Positions 26,439 to 36,467 of a DNA stretch of 64,000 bases are shown one piece after another (position 1 is the stretch's first letter; each line of letters begins with the position of its first letter). This DNA comes from a virus (Duplodnaviria > Caudoviricetes): positions 96,001-160,000 of the IMG/VR virus record IMGVR_UViG_3300037851_000141. One strand, 5' to 3'. Position numbers and translations under genes: made by a program. The notes below the pieces were generated by a model, which ran no database searches, was not told where the DNA came from, and saw only the letters and a program-made list of their open reading frames with translations.

Positions 26439-27083
26439 TTAGCCCAATAAACGATCATCTTTTTTATGATAATCTAAATTTTTTAAGTAATCTTCGACAT
26501 ATTGTTTTTTAGCTTCGCTCTTTTTCTTTTCTTTTTTGATAACTTGAATAAATGCGTTTTTAACAATTTCTGTACAATAAGCGAATGCGTTATTACTTTT
26601 TTCTGGATTAAATGACCGACTATATTTAAGTAAAAAGAACGTAGCTCTGGACTTCATTTCTTCAAGATAGGTGTATCCAGAATAGCATGGTTTGGTTGCG
26701 TAGTTTTCAATAAGGTCAAGGAACATTTCACCAAGTCGTTCCGTTGCTCTGCCATTACAAGGTCGTTTAAACACATTATCATATTCAGCTTTTTTATCTT
26801 TTAGTTTATTTTTTAAGTCAGTTAATGTATTTTCTCTTGGTCGTTTTAGTTGTTGATATTCTTCAAGTTCATTCTTAAGAGAAACGATTTCTTCTTTTAT
26901 TTTTTTAAGTTCTTCTTTCTTTTGTTCTTTTTCAACTTCAACGGTAGCTTTGAATGCTTGAAGTTCTTTTATTAGTTCGGCATTGTTTACGTGCTGTCTC
27001 TTTATTATCTTTATTTTACCTTTACCACGTTTACGATTTTTTAGTTCTTTATTATTCTGAAAAAGAGACTTGTCTGTAAACAT
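26439..27083 (-). CDS. gp55: Late-transcription sigma factor (gp55) with a coiled-coil insertion
   Basis: HVNNAELIKEL, RLGEMFLDLIENYATKPCYSGYTY, FNPEKSNNAFAYCTEIVKNAFIQVIKKEKK. Adjacent to gp47/46. Confidence 0.9.
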   Translation of the reverse strand: MFTDKSLFQNNKELKNRKRGKGKIKIIKRQHVNNAELIKELQAFKATVEVEKEQKKEELKKIKEEIVSLKNELEEYQQLKRPRENTLTDLKNKLKDKKAEYDNVFKRPCNGRATERLGEMFLDLIENYATKPCYSGYTYLEEMKSRATFFLLKYSRSFNPEKSNNAFAYCTEIVKNAFIQVIKKEKKKSEAKKQYVEDYLKNLDYHKKDDRLLG

Positions 27084-27106
27084 TTATTGCTCCTTTGGAT
27101 GTGCCT

Positions 27107-27124
27107 TATTTATATATTTTATCA
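27107..27124 (-). promoter_or_regulatory. Tandem extended -10 (TGATAAAAT, 27116-27124) and late TATAAATA (27107-27114) upstream of gp55
   Basis: Read directly on the minus strand: ...CATGATAAAATATATAAATAAG... Confidence 0.55.
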
Positions 27125-27149
27125 TGGGATAGTATTTTTTATTCTCATA

Positions 27150-27158
27150 TGATATAAT
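27150..27158 (+). promoter_or_regulatory. Extended -10 promoter TGATATAAT (GT4 gene)
   Basis: Intergenic, upstream of 27187. Confidence 0.6.
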
Positions 27159-27186
27159 AAACGTCTACAACTAAAGGATTTGTACT

Positions 27187-28230
27187 ATGTCAATTCAGCC
27201 AATGATAAATATGACTTGTTTCCCATCAGATAAGAATGGATGTGGATTCTATCGTACTCTTATTCCTCTTGGTTATTGTTCTACCGAATATAACTGGAAT
27301 GTATCTTATTTGTATCAATTCGTTTTTGACTTAAACCTTATTCGCAGTTGTAATTATGTTCGGTTTCAACGTCAATGTACCGAAAATCAAAAAAGATGTG
27401 TAATTGAATATAAGAGATGTATTGAAGGAACAAAATCAAATACTAAAATTGTTTATGAATTAGATGATATTGTCCATGGAATAGAACCACATAATATAGC
27501 AGCATATCAATTTTATACACCAGTACGTCGTCAAAATGTTCTGGATTTGATGAGAATGTCAAATGCGGTTACTTTTAGTACTAAATTTCTTAAACATTTT
27601 TATGAGCGCGAATTTAATATAAAAAATTCTGTTGTTATTCCAAATTATTTACCTAAGTTCTTGTGGAATCCAGATCAAACTGTAGATAAGCGACCACATA
27701 AAGCCAAGCCTGTAATCATGTGGGCAGGTTCAGCATCACACGTAGGTCCAGGTGGTGATCTTGAATTCCTTATTCCTATGATTGAATCAACTGTAGATGA
27801 ATTTGAGTGGCTTTTCGTAGGATGCTTACCGCCATGTCTCAATCATTATCGGGATCGTGGTAAAGTATCATTTATTGATTGGGTTGGTTTTTGGAAGTAT
27901 CCAGCCCTCATGCAGTCCATAAGAGCCGATATTGCTATTGCTCCAATTCGGGATTCACTATTCAATTATGCTAAATCTGATCTTAAATATATAGAATACT
28001 CAGCTATGGGAATTCCTTCTATATGCTCAAGTATTGGTAATAAAATAGGACCATACGACCAGACAAACGCCAATCTTACCGAAAATGACCCCGATTCCTG
28101 GTATCAAGCTATAAAAGACCTACTCAATAATGAAGATAAATATTATGAAACGATTAATAAACAATATGATTTCGTAAATAAACGCTGGCTTGAGGATAAT
28201 ACTGGAGATTACAAGAGAGTTTTCGCTTGA
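27187..28230 (+). CDS. GT-B (GT4-like) glycosyltransferase
   Basis: GCGFYRTLIP, VYELDD, WAGSASH, DIAIAPIRDSLFNYAKSDLKYIEYSAMGIP. Confidence 0.82.
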   Translation: MSIQPMINMTCFPSDKNGCGFYRTLIPLGYCSTEYNWNVSYLYQFVFDLNLIRSCNYVRFQRQCTENQKRCVIEYKRCIEGTKSNTKIVYELDDIVHGIEPHNIAAYQFYTPVRRQNVLDLMRMSNAVTFSTKFLKHFYEREFNIKNSVVIPNYLPKFLWNPDQTVDKRPHKAKPVIMWAGSASHVGPGGDLEFLIPMIESTVDEFEWLFVGCLPPCLNHYRDRGKVSFIDWVGFWKYPALMQSIRADIAIAPIRDSLFNYAKSDLKYIEYSAMGIPSICSSIGNKIGPYDQTNANLTENDPDSWYQAIKDLLNNEDKYYETINKQYDFVNKRWLEDNTGDYKRVFA

Positions 28231-28280
28231 TTTAATTTTATTCTAAATTATAATTGATACAAGGAATAAATAAATGAAAT

Positions 28281-28592
28281 ATGGAACTTATACTCCACCC
28301 GGCGATTGCGTTTTTTCAGTTGAGTTTGTCCTTTATTTTACTTGGGATTTCTAAAATAAAAACTCATATTGATTGGGTTGCGATGGTGAGTGGAGTTGCT
28401 GGTTCATTTTTAGTAGCAACATCATCTGAAAAAATAAGGCTACTTGGTTTTATTTTATTCTTAACTGGTAATATTCTCTGGATGATTTTTAGTTTCAGAG
28501 ATAAGAAGTTAAGAGCTATATTTGTATTAAATGCTTTTTATTTTTTGAGTTCTGCTTTAGGAATTTACTCAAATATTTTTTGGATTTTTTAG
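28281..28592 (+). CDS. Small membrane protein
   Basis: Three or four hydrophobic segments. Confidence 0.65.
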   Translation: MELILHPAIAFFQLSLSFILLGISKIKTHIDWVAMVSGVAGSFLVATSSEKIRLLGFILFLTGNILWMIFSFRDKKLRAIFVLNAFYFLSSALGIYSNIFWIF

Positions 28593-28632
28593 CTTGATGT
28601 CGGTCTAAATACTCTTGTTATGGGGGTTGAAT

Positions 28633-28914
28633 ATGAGTTATTTCAAGTTGCCTAAAGGCTGGACCGAACATGATTGTAATAAGGCTATAGATAATTTACT
28701 CAATAGCGGAATGAAACAACTTGGTTATGAAGATTATGAAAAATCATCCAAGTCATTTCTAAAAATTGCTCAGATAATTCGTTCTCTTCCAGAATTGCGT
28801 AGAAGAAAAATATTAGAAGAAAAAAGAATACACGATGAACAAAGACTGATGAAACAACGAGGAATAACCAGAGAAGAGTACTTAAAAGAAATGCTTGAAA
28901 AAAAGACTGCCTGA
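28633..28914 (+). CDS. Hypothetical protein; likely start ATG 28633
   Basis: Sub-ORF of 28615..28914. Confidence 0.55.
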   Translation: MSYFKLPKGWTEHDCNKAIDNLLNSGMKQLGYEDYEKSSKSFLKIAQIIRSLPELRRRKILEEKRIHDEQRLMKQRGITREEYLKEMLEKKTA

Positions 28915-28927
28915 TATATAATAGTAC

Positions 28928-29581
28928 ATGGTAGTTGAGATTCAAGATAATAAAAGAGAAAATGAACTCATAAATCTGTTCAATCTCACCAAGACAAATT
29001 ATAATCGTATTGGTATAGATGCTAAACTTAAAGTAGGCAAGAAAAATTTTGATTTTGAGATTAAGTCTACGACAACTGGTATAGTTTCTACTGCTTCTCC
29101 ATTAACGCTCGAACATGTAAAAAAATGGAGAACTCGTCATTGGATAATCGGCATCTATAATAAACAAGCAGAAATCCAACATTGCTATTACGGTTCTCCT
29201 GATAAGATGACAGAATGGTTGGATTATTGGGAAAATGATATTGGGCGCGGCATAACAATATCAGATATGCTTGTTGAACGAATTGATTATGAGATGTTAT
29301 TTAGAATCTTCGGAGAAAAATCAATATATACGTTAAACGATGCTAAACCTGTATTCCGAGCATTATATACCTCAGAAAAATATAAGAGTTTGATGGATAG
29401 AAAAAATGGTTATTCCGCACAAAGAATGCTTCAGATGTTCAAAGACCATAATAAAACGTATCTTTATCGTGGTTCTGGCGTAAATAATCCTAAAATAAGA
29501 AAACCAGTATATGAAAATTGGATTAAAATAACTTCCAACTATTCAGCTACCTTAAGAAAAATATTGCGTAATCAAAAATAG
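28928..29581 (+). CDS. Restriction-endonuclease-like PD-(D/E)xK nuclease
   Basis: GIDAKL ... FEIKSTT catalytic pattern; HVKKWRTRHWIIG. Confidence 0.6.
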   Translation: MVVEIQDNKRENELINLFNLTKTNYNRIGIDAKLKVGKKNFDFEIKSTTTGIVSTASPLTLEHVKKWRTRHWIIGIYNKQAEIQHCYYGSPDKMTEWLDYWENDIGRGITISDMLVERIDYEMLFRIFGEKSIYTLNDAKPVFRALYTSEKYKSLMDRKNGYSAQRMLQMFKDHNKTYLYRGSGVNNPKIRKPVYENWIKITSNYSATLRKILRNQK

Positions 29582-29619
29582 TCGCTATAATTGTTCCACC
29601 TAAACAAAAGGAGACTCAC

Positions 29620-30015
29620 ATGGGTAAAGACAATCAAGAAGAGAAAGAGGACAAGCCGAAGAAGGCATTCTCAATTAAGGGTATAGTTTGGGACGATGGT
29701 GGAGTAGACCTAATTATACAAGAATATCGTAAACTTGGAACTGGTCGTGGCGCTCCAACTCTTTGCGGCCCACTCAGCCCTTCAGAATTTGGTAAAGCCC
29801 TTCGTGATATGGGACTTAATGCTCAAGGTGTCTTACAATCAATCTCATTTGATGTAGGTATCACTAAGGATCTTCAATCAGTCAAGAATGCTGATGTAAT
29901 TGAAAAGATTGAAGCTGACTTGGCCGAACCTCCAGCCGAAGTCAAGAAAACCAAAAAGCCAGTTGTAGATTCAGACGATGTAAACGATATACCAGATTCA
30001 CTTGATGAGGAATGA
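29620..30015 (+). CDS. Hypothetical protein
   Basis: 131 aa, strong AGGAG RBS. Confidence 0.65.
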   Translation: MGKDNQEEKEDKPKKAFSIKGIVWDDGGVDLIIQEYRKLGTGRGAPTLCGPLSPSEFGKALRDMGLNAQGVLQSISFDVGITKDLQSVKNADVIEKIEADLAEPPAEVKKTKKPVVDSDDVNDIPDSLDEE

Positions 30016-30016
30016 T

Positions 30017-30493
30017 ATGGAAGACAATTTCTTATATACATTTCAATGCTGGCTGAATAAACGAGAATATCCAGATGCTAAACTTCCAGTAAAGAAATAC
30101 TCAACCGATGCTGGATTTGACATTTCATCTGCTGAATCATGTCAGATAAACCCCGGCGAAACCAGAGTAGTCCATACCGGGGTCCATTTTAATATCGTGC
30201 CTGGATGGGAGATACAAATACGCTCAAGAAGTGGGTTAGCTGCTAAAAACAACATATTTGTATTAAATTCTCCAGCTACTATTGATGCTGGGTATACCGG
30301 AGAGATAATGGTTATTTTACATAATGCGTCTGAAAAAAAATCTCTTGAAATAAAGTCTGGAGATAGAATTGCTCAACTTGTATTTCAACGAGTTCCAGAA
30401 ATACAATTAGTTGAAATAGAACAACCAACTATATCTAAACTGGTTGAAGATAAAATACGTGGAACAAACGGATTCGGTTCATCAGGAGTATAA
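30017..30493 (+). CDS. dut: Trimeric dUTPase; likely start ATG 30017
   Basis: AGFDI, RSRSG, IDAGYTGEI, GDRIAQL, RGTNGFGSSG. Confidence 0.95.
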   Translation: MEDNFLYTFQCWLNKREYPDAKLPVKKYSTDAGFDISSAESCQINPGETRVVHTGVHFNIVPGWEIQIRSRSGLAAKNNIFVLNSPATIDAGYTGEIMVILHNASEKKSLEIKSGDRIAQLVFQRVPEIQLVEIEQPTISKLVEDKIRGTNGFGSSGV

Positions 30494-30494
30494 A

Positions 30495-33400
30495 TTGTAT
30501 AGTTCATTATATTTTTCTCGTAGATCAAGCGTACTTCATGTGTGGGAATATAATAAAGAGGGGAAAAAAGTTCATAAAAAAGTGGACCCCCCTCTTTATT
30601 TCTTTGTCACCACACCAGACGAAACCGAATATAAAAGTATCTATGGTGATAATGTTAAGAAGTTATCATTTACTACGTATTCTAAGTTTCGTGATGCTAA
30701 AGAAATGTATAAATCAGCCAATCGTAAAGTCTTTGAGTCTGATGTTGACGTAGAAACAAAATATATAATTGAGAATTGGGCTGGTAAAGAGTTTGAACAG
30801 CCAGTACATGATATAAATTACGTGGATATTGAGGTCCATTCCGAAACTGGATTCCCTCATCCTGACCAAGCTGACCATCCAATTACTATCATTACTGTAT
30901 ATTCAACTAAAAATAAAAAGTTTACTATATTTGCTCAAAAAGACTTTAACCGAGATTTCACTAATGCTAAAGGTGAAAAGGTATTACAAGAAACTGATGA
31001 TGTTTATATTATTGAAGATGAAGCTGAGATGCTATCTGCTTTTATCTCGTTTATTGGTGATGGACATGTTGATATTTTAAGTGGATGGAACTCTGAATTT
31101 TATGATATTCCTTATATTATAAACCGAGCAAATAAAATACTTGGCGAAGATGAAGCAAAAAAGATTTCTCCATTAGAACATATAGAAACCAGAACACAGA
31201 CATTTAAGGATGGTAAAGAACGCACAACATATGAAATTGCCGGCCTAAATTGTATTGACTATTTACCTCTTTATAAAAAATATAATCCAAAACAACAATC
31301 AAGTTTCAAGTTGGATTATATAGCTAAATCGGAACTTGGTGAATCTAAACTTGAATACGAAGGTACGCTAAAAGATTTGTATAGAAAAGATTGGCAGAAA
31401 TATGTAGAATACAATATCCAAGACGTTGCCCTTCTTCATAAACTTGATAATAAACTTGGTTTCATGAAATTGATGATTGATATATGTTATAGTTGCTGTG
31501 TTCCCTTCAGTCAATATGAAAAGACCACTAAAGTTTTGGATGGTGCGTTTATATCAACTCTTAAACTTGAGAATGTTGTTGTTCCAGACGCAAATGTTGT
31601 AGAAGGTAATCAATACGAGGGCGCGTTTGTTCGTGATCCTGAAGTTGGTTGTTGGGATTGGATTGTTTCATATGACGCAACATCTCTGTATCCTTCTATA
31701 ATGATTCAACATAATATCAGTCCAGAAACTAAAATATATAAATGTAATGAAAAAGCAACTAAAATAATAATGGGTTGTCTTGAAGGTAAAGAGTCAGAAT
31801 TTGAACCTTGGGAATTAAACCTTCAAGCGTGTGATCAAGAAATTAGTTGTAAAGAAATGATCGCTCAAATAAAAGAAAAGAAATATTCAATATCAACAAA
31901 TGGTGTCATATACTCTCATGAAAAAATCGGAGTTATCCCAAGATTCTTAGTTGATTGGTTTAGCAAGAGACAATTCCATAAGAAAAAACAGTTTGAGTGT
32001 GAAAAGCTAAAAGATCATAATGGCGAAAAATTACATAAAGGTCGTCAAACAATATTTAAGATTTTATTGAATTCCTGTTACGGATATTTGGGTAGTATAT
32101 ATTCCAGATTCTATGAAAAAGATAATGCCCTAGCGGTTACTGCCACTGGTCAAGAAATTATTAAATGTGCTATGGATTCAATCAATACCTATTTCCAAAA
32201 CTGGCATAATACAGAACTTGGTAAAAAACTAAAAGCTGTAAGTATAGAAAACACAGTGACTTACGGGGACACAGATTCGGTTGTTTCTAATATGGAGTTG
32301 AGATTAGATAACGGAGAAATTATTACAATATCTGATCTTTTCAATACTATGATGCGAGATGAACCAGACTCATATAAGATACATTATACTGGTGAGAGAG
32401 AGTTTATTTTTCCTAAGAAGTTGAAATTACCATATTATGATAACCATGAAATAAAATACGGTAGAGTTCAATATATCGAACGACATCATGTGTCTAAACC
32501 AATATTTAGGATAAAATCTAAGAGTGGCAAATATATTGATGTTACTGCTGATCATTCATGTATGGTATTAGAAAATGGGCAACTTAAAGAAAAGAAGGCT
32601 ATTGATATTAGGCCAGGGGACAAAATTATAACAATTAATATTCCATTTGATTGTCAGATAGAAGAAGTTGAATCAGTTGAATATCTTAATTCTGACCCTC
32701 AATATGTGTTTGATGTTGGAATGGAAGACACTCCACATACATTTTTTGCTAATGATATTCTCGTACATAACTCTTTATATATTAATGCTGGTCGGGTCTT
32801 GGATGCTATTGGATATAAAGATAAAGATAATATAGAAAAGACATCCAAGTTTATTGACGAAAAAATATGTAAAATATTCGTTCAAGTAATTAATAAAAAT
32901 GAAGAACATGTTGCTAAAGTCAGAATGAATTGTCCAGAATGTAAGATTTCGTTTAAGCGTGAAATGATTTGTCGTAGAGCAATATTCCTATCAAAGAAAC
33001 ATTATGCTGCTTGGATTATAATTGGTGAAAATGGTCCGGTAGCTGATGGTGATCCTCATGAGATAGAAGTTAAAGGTTTGGAATCAGTAAAATCTTCTAC
33101 TCCACAGATTATCAGAAAATATCTCAAACAATTTTACAAGTCTATTCTTAAGGTACACGACGAAATTGAAGTTAATAAAATAGTAAAGAAAATGTATACT
33201 GACTTAACTAATATGAAACCCGAAGAGTTTGCCAAGATAAGCAGCGCAAACAATATTGAAAAATACACTCTTCCAACTGGCGATTCTGCTACTGGAACAC
33301 CATTTCATATTAAAGGATGTATAGGGTTTAATAATCTTATTCGTAGATCAAATATGTCAGATTCTATTGAAAAAATATTTGAGGGCGATAAAGTAAAATG

Positions 33401-33611
33401 TGTTTATATTAAAGGTTGTACTAAATTCAGCGATTATCCTTATCAAGTTGTGTCATTCAAAGATAAGCTTCCCTCAGAATTTGGCTTTATTGTTGATTAT
33501 GAAACAAATATCAATAAAGTATTCGTAGAACCAATCAAACAATTCTATGAAGTACTAAAATGGAATCTACCGTCATTTACCACCGAAGATATCACCGAAT
33601 TCTTCTCATAA
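30495..33611 (+). CDS. gp43: Family B DNA polymerase (gp43) with mini-intein; likely TTG start 30495 after GGAG (track start 30444)
   Basis: Exonuclease motifs DIEV, GWNSEFYDIPY, YNIQD. Polymerase motifs YDATSLYPS, KILLNSCYG, YGDTD-S. Confidence 0.95.
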   Translation: MYSSLYFSRRSSVLHVWEYNKEGKKVHKKVDPPLYFFVTTPDETEYKSIYGDNVKKLSFTTYSKFRDAKEMYKSANRKVFESDVDVETKYIIENWAGKEFEQPVHDINYVDIEVHSETGFPHPDQADHPITIITVYSTKNKKFTIFAQKDFNRDFTNAKGEKVLQETDDVYIIEDEAEMLSAFISFIGDGHVDILSGWNSEFYDIPYIINRANKILGEDEAKKISPLEHIETRTQTFKDGKERTTYEIAGLNCIDYLPLYKKYNPKQQSSFKLDYIAKSELGESKLEYEGTLKDLYRKDWQKYVEYNIQDVALLHKLDNKLGFMKLMIDICYSCCVPFSQYEKTTKVLDGAFISTLKLENVVVPDANVVEGNQYEGAFVRDPEVGCWDWIVSYDATSLYPSIMIQHNISPETKIYKCNEKATKIIMGCLEGKESEFEPWELNLQACDQEISCKEMIAQIKEKKYSISTNGVIYSHEKIGVIPRFLVDWFSKRQFHKKKQFECEKLKDHNGEKLHKGRQTIFKILLNSCYGYLGSIYSRFYEKDNALAVTATGQEIIKCAMDSINTYFQNWHNTELGKKLKAVSIENTVTYGDTDSVVSNMELRLDNGEIITISDLFNTMMRDEPDSYKIHYTGEREFIFPKKLKLPYYDNHEIKYGRVQYIERHHVSKPIFRIKSKSGKYIDVTADHSCMVLENGQLKEKKAIDIRPGDKIITINIPFDCQIEEVESVEYLNSDPQYVFDVGMEDTPHTFFANDILVHNSLYINAGRVLDAIGYKDKDNIEKTSKFIDEKICKIFVQVINKNEEHVAKVRMNCPECKISFKREMICRRAIFLSKKHYAAWIIIGENGPVADGDPHEIEVKGLESVKSSTPQIIRKYLKQFYKSILKVHDEIEVNKIVKKMYTDLTNMKPEEFAKISSANNIEKYTLPTGDSATGTPFHIKGCIGFNNLIRRSNMSDSIEKIFEGDKVKCVYIKGCTKFSDYPYQVVSFKDKLPSEFGFIVDYETNINKVFVEPIKQFYEVLKWNLPSFTTEDITEFFS
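32277..32771 (+). other. Mini-intein (165 aa, no endonuclease) in PolB motif C
   Basis: YGDTD|SVVSN ... block B DVTADHS ... HTFFANDILVHN|SLY. Excision restores YGDTDSLY. Confidence 0.92.
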
Positions 33612-33623
33612 AAAAGGAACCCC

Positions 33624-33785
33624 ATGAGTATTAACATCGAAAATATGCCAGATGTCCTTGCTATCATACAGGTTAGGGACGGTAAGATTGTTTTGGATAT
33701 TGATGATAAAAAGATTGAAAAGGACGAATTAATGGTTATAATATCTCAACTACTTACAACCTATCTACAACAAAAAGGAGAATAA
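33624..33785 (+). CDS. Small hypothetical protein (53 aa, MSINIENMPDVLAIIQV...)
   Basis: Below the track cutoff. AAGGA RBS; exactly fills the gap between gp43 and uvsX. Confidence 0.65.
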   Translation: MSINIENMPDVLAIIQVRDGKIVLDIDDKKIEKDELMVIISQLLTTYLQQKGE

Positions 33786-33786
33786 G

Positions 33787-34917
33787 ATGGCTAAGAGTGA
33801 ATCTGATAAACAGAAAAAGAACGCACTTGATTTTATTAAGAACTTCCAAAAGACAAATGGACTTGCTTCTGTATTGAGCGAATCTAAATTAAGCAACATT
33901 CGTGACTATATTAGTACCGGATCATATATACTTAATCGTGTTATAAGTGGTTCATATTTCAAGGGTTGGCCCAATAATAGAATCATGGTAATCGCTGGTG
34001 CAAACTCAACAGGTAAGACTTACGTATGCCTTAGTACTGCCAGAGAAGCGCAGAAAAAGGGTTGGCAAGTTGTTTATTTTGACTCAGAAAACGCAGTTGA
34101 TGCTGATTTCGCACGTAATATTGGTGTTGATCCAGAAACTATGCTTCATATTCCAGTAAAAACAATTTCTCAATTCCGAAATGAAGCAGTTAAGTTGATG
34201 CGTGAATGGCGAGCAAATGAAGCAACTAAAGATATACCAATGATAATGTTCTGCGACTCTATTGGTAACTTATCTGGTACTAAAGAAATGAATGACGTTG
34301 AAGCAAGTAAAGATGCCTCTGATATGGGCCAACGAGCAAAAGAGTTAAGAGCCTGTGCGCGTATTTTAACCATGGAATGTGCCGAAAACGAAGTTCCTCT
34401 TATTGCTACTAACCACACATATGAACAGCAAAATATGATGGGCGCTCCTACTATTAAAATGGGTGGTGGTGAAGGATTTGCTTACGCTACCTCTGGAATT
34501 CTTATTCTCCAGAAGAAAGTTGTTAATGATGACACTGGAGAGAAAGATTCTGAAGGTCGCAAGATCGTAAATAAGAGTGGCACCATTGTTATTGCTACAT
34601 CAGAAAAGAATAGATTAGTACCATTCGGAAGTCGTGGTTATGCTTATATTGACTTCCGTAAAGGATTAGTACCTCTTTATGGGTTATTGGATGATGCCTT
34701 AAAGTATGGATTAATTGAACAATCTGGTGCTTGGTACACTGTAAAAGGTGTCGAAAAGAAATTCAGAGAAAAAGAGTTATATACAAAAGAGGTCTGGCAG
34801 CCAATTATCAAAGAACTTAATGAAAAGGTTATGGCCGATAATAAGTTCTCTCAATATGATGATTCTGCTATTCCAGACTTTGTACTTGACGAGGAAGAAC
34901 AAAAAGAAGTCGAATGA
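33787..34917 (+). CDS. uvsX: UvsX RecA-like recombinase
   Basis: YISTGSYILN, AGANSTGKT, YFDSENA, DSIGNL, DMGQRAK, NHTY, MGGG. Confidence 0.95.
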   Translation: MAKSESDKQKKNALDFIKNFQKTNGLASVLSESKLSNIRDYISTGSYILNRVISGSYFKGWPNNRIMVIAGANSTGKTYVCLSTAREAQKKGWQVVYFDSENAVDADFARNIGVDPETMLHIPVKTISQFRNEAVKLMREWRANEATKDIPMIMFCDSIGNLSGTKEMNDVEASKDASDMGQRAKELRACARILTMECAENEVPLIATNHTYEQQNMMGAPTIKMGGGEGFAYATSGILILQKKVVNDDTGEKDSEGRKIVNKSGTIVIATSEKNRLVPFGSRGYAYIDFRKGLVPLYGLLDDALKYGLIEQSGAWYTVKGVEKKFREKELYTKEVWQPIIKELNEKVMADNKFSQYDDSAIPDFVLDEEEQKEVE

Positions 34918-34936
34918 TGTAAATAAAATACAAAAT

Positions 34937-34970
34937 AGGGGCAGCCTCTTAGATGCGGTTGCCCTTTTTT
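34937..34970 (+). terminator. Intrinsic terminator after uvsX
   Basis: AGGGGCAGCC ... GGTTGCCCT stem (with G-U pairs) followed by a T6 tract. Confidence 0.8.
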
Positions 34971-34987
34971 GTATCCTCAAATAGTTG

Positions 34988-35016
34988 TTGCTTTTAGGAC
35001 TAAACCACATTATAAT
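34988..35016 (+). promoter_or_regulatory. Sigma70-like promoter TTGCTT-17-TATAAT (gp41 operon)
   Basis: Consensus spacing, immediately after the uvsX terminator. Confidence 0.65.
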
Positions 35017-35033
35017 ATAGGTCGAGGAATTAA

Positions 35034-36467
35034 ATGGACTTTCAAGGATTTGATACAGATAAGATAGAAAATTACATTGTTAAGAATCTGTTAATAGATG
35101 ACCAATATTCAAGATATTTTGTCTCGAAATTATCATCAAAGATTTTCTCAGCAAAATACCAATCAATACTAAAAGGTTATCTTTGGTACTATAAGAAATA
35201 TAATAAGATTCCTCCAGTAAATATATTAGTGGATAAAATAATTCCAGCAGTTTGTAAGAGCAATGAAGCTGAAAGTGATAAATGTAAAGATGTAATAACT
35301 GGCTTAGAACGAATTGAATTTGATAATAAATCGGCCCATGAGTGGATATATGATGAAACCAAGAAATTTATAAAGACAAGAACTATCATCAATGCCATGG
35401 TCCAGTGTTTTGATCATATTGAGAAACAAGATCATGAATCTGTTGTTACTATTATGGAAGATGCGTTTAAGCTTGATTTTGATGATTCATTTGGTCATGA
35501 TTATTTTGATGACATGGAGATTCGCCAGTCTAAAGAAACTGATAATAGAACGATTTCGACTGGTATTCCAACTCTTGATCGGTTATTGGGTGGCGGATAT
35601 CGTAAAAAGACATTCTTCGTGTGGGCTGGTCCAAGTGGAAGTGGAAAAACCGCATTCTTAAATGATGGTGCCGTATCTGTAGCATTAGAAGGTTACAATG
35701 TTTTATATTTATCATTAGAATTATCAGAAGATTACATTGCTGCCCGTGCTGATGCTAATTTTGCTGAAGTTTCTATGGACCAAATAAATGTAAATAATAA
35801 GATTGCTATTGAGAAGGCTATTAAGAAAAGAGATTCCTATAAGAAAAATGGTAAAAAGCTTGGCAAGTTGATTTATAAAGAATATCCACCAAATGCTATA
35901 TGTGCGATGGATATAGAAGCATTAATAAAATCATTTGAGACTAAACGAGGACTTAAGTTTGATTTTGTTGTTGTTGACTATCTAAAACTTGTTAAACCTA
36001 ATGGTCGTGCCTTTGCTGATAATACATATGGAAGAATTGGTACTGTCTGCGAAGAATTGCGTGGAATAGCAAGTAAATATAACATTTGTTTATTAACTGC
36101 TGCTCAAACTGGCAGACAATCATATAATTCAGCTTCCATTGGTGTTGAAGATGTATCAGATTCACTTGGGATTGTTCAAGCTGCTGATGCTATAGTTACT
36201 ATTCAACAAACTAAAGATATGAAGGAAGACGGTCTGGTGCTATTGAATATTGGCAAATCTCGCTTTACAAAGAGTGAATCAACGTTAATGGTCAAGTTTG
36301 ATTCTAATTATATGCGTATCATAGATGTGTCGGAGGGGTCTGAACACATCAATCACATAAACCAAGTTAAATCCACAAGTGAAACGAAAGGTAAGCAACA
36401 TGGGGCTAAATCCATAGAGGACATAGAAAATGAGGCGACCGAAGATATCCAAGAACTTGACATTTGA
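35034..36467 (+). CDS. gp41: Replicative DnaB-like helicase (gp41)
   Basis: ISTGIPTLD, AGPSGSGKT, LSLELSE, KEYPP, VVDYLKL, EELRG, TAAQTGR, SDSLG. Confidence 0.93.
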   Translation: MDFQGFDTDKIENYIVKNLLIDDQYSRYFVSKLSSKIFSAKYQSILKGYLWYYKKYNKIPPVNILVDKIIPAVCKSNEAESDKCKDVITGLERIEFDNKSAHEWIYDETKKFIKTRTIINAMVQCFDHIEKQDHESVVTIMEDAFKLDFDDSFGHDYFDDMEIRQSKETDNRTISTGIPTLDRLLGGGYRKKTFFVWAGPSGSGKTAFLNDGAVSVALEGYNVLYLSLELSEDYIAARADANFAEVSMDQINVNNKIAIEKAIKKRDSYKKNGKKLGKLIYKEYPPNAICAMDIEALIKSFETKRGLKFDFVVVDYLKLVKPNGRAFADNTYGRIGTVCEELRGIASKYNICLLTAAQTGRQSYNSASIGVEDVSDSLGIVQAADAIVTIQQTKDMKEDGLVLLNIGKSRFTKSESTLMVKFDSNYMRIIDVSEGSEHINHINQVKSTSETKGKQHGAKSIEDIENEATEDIQELDI

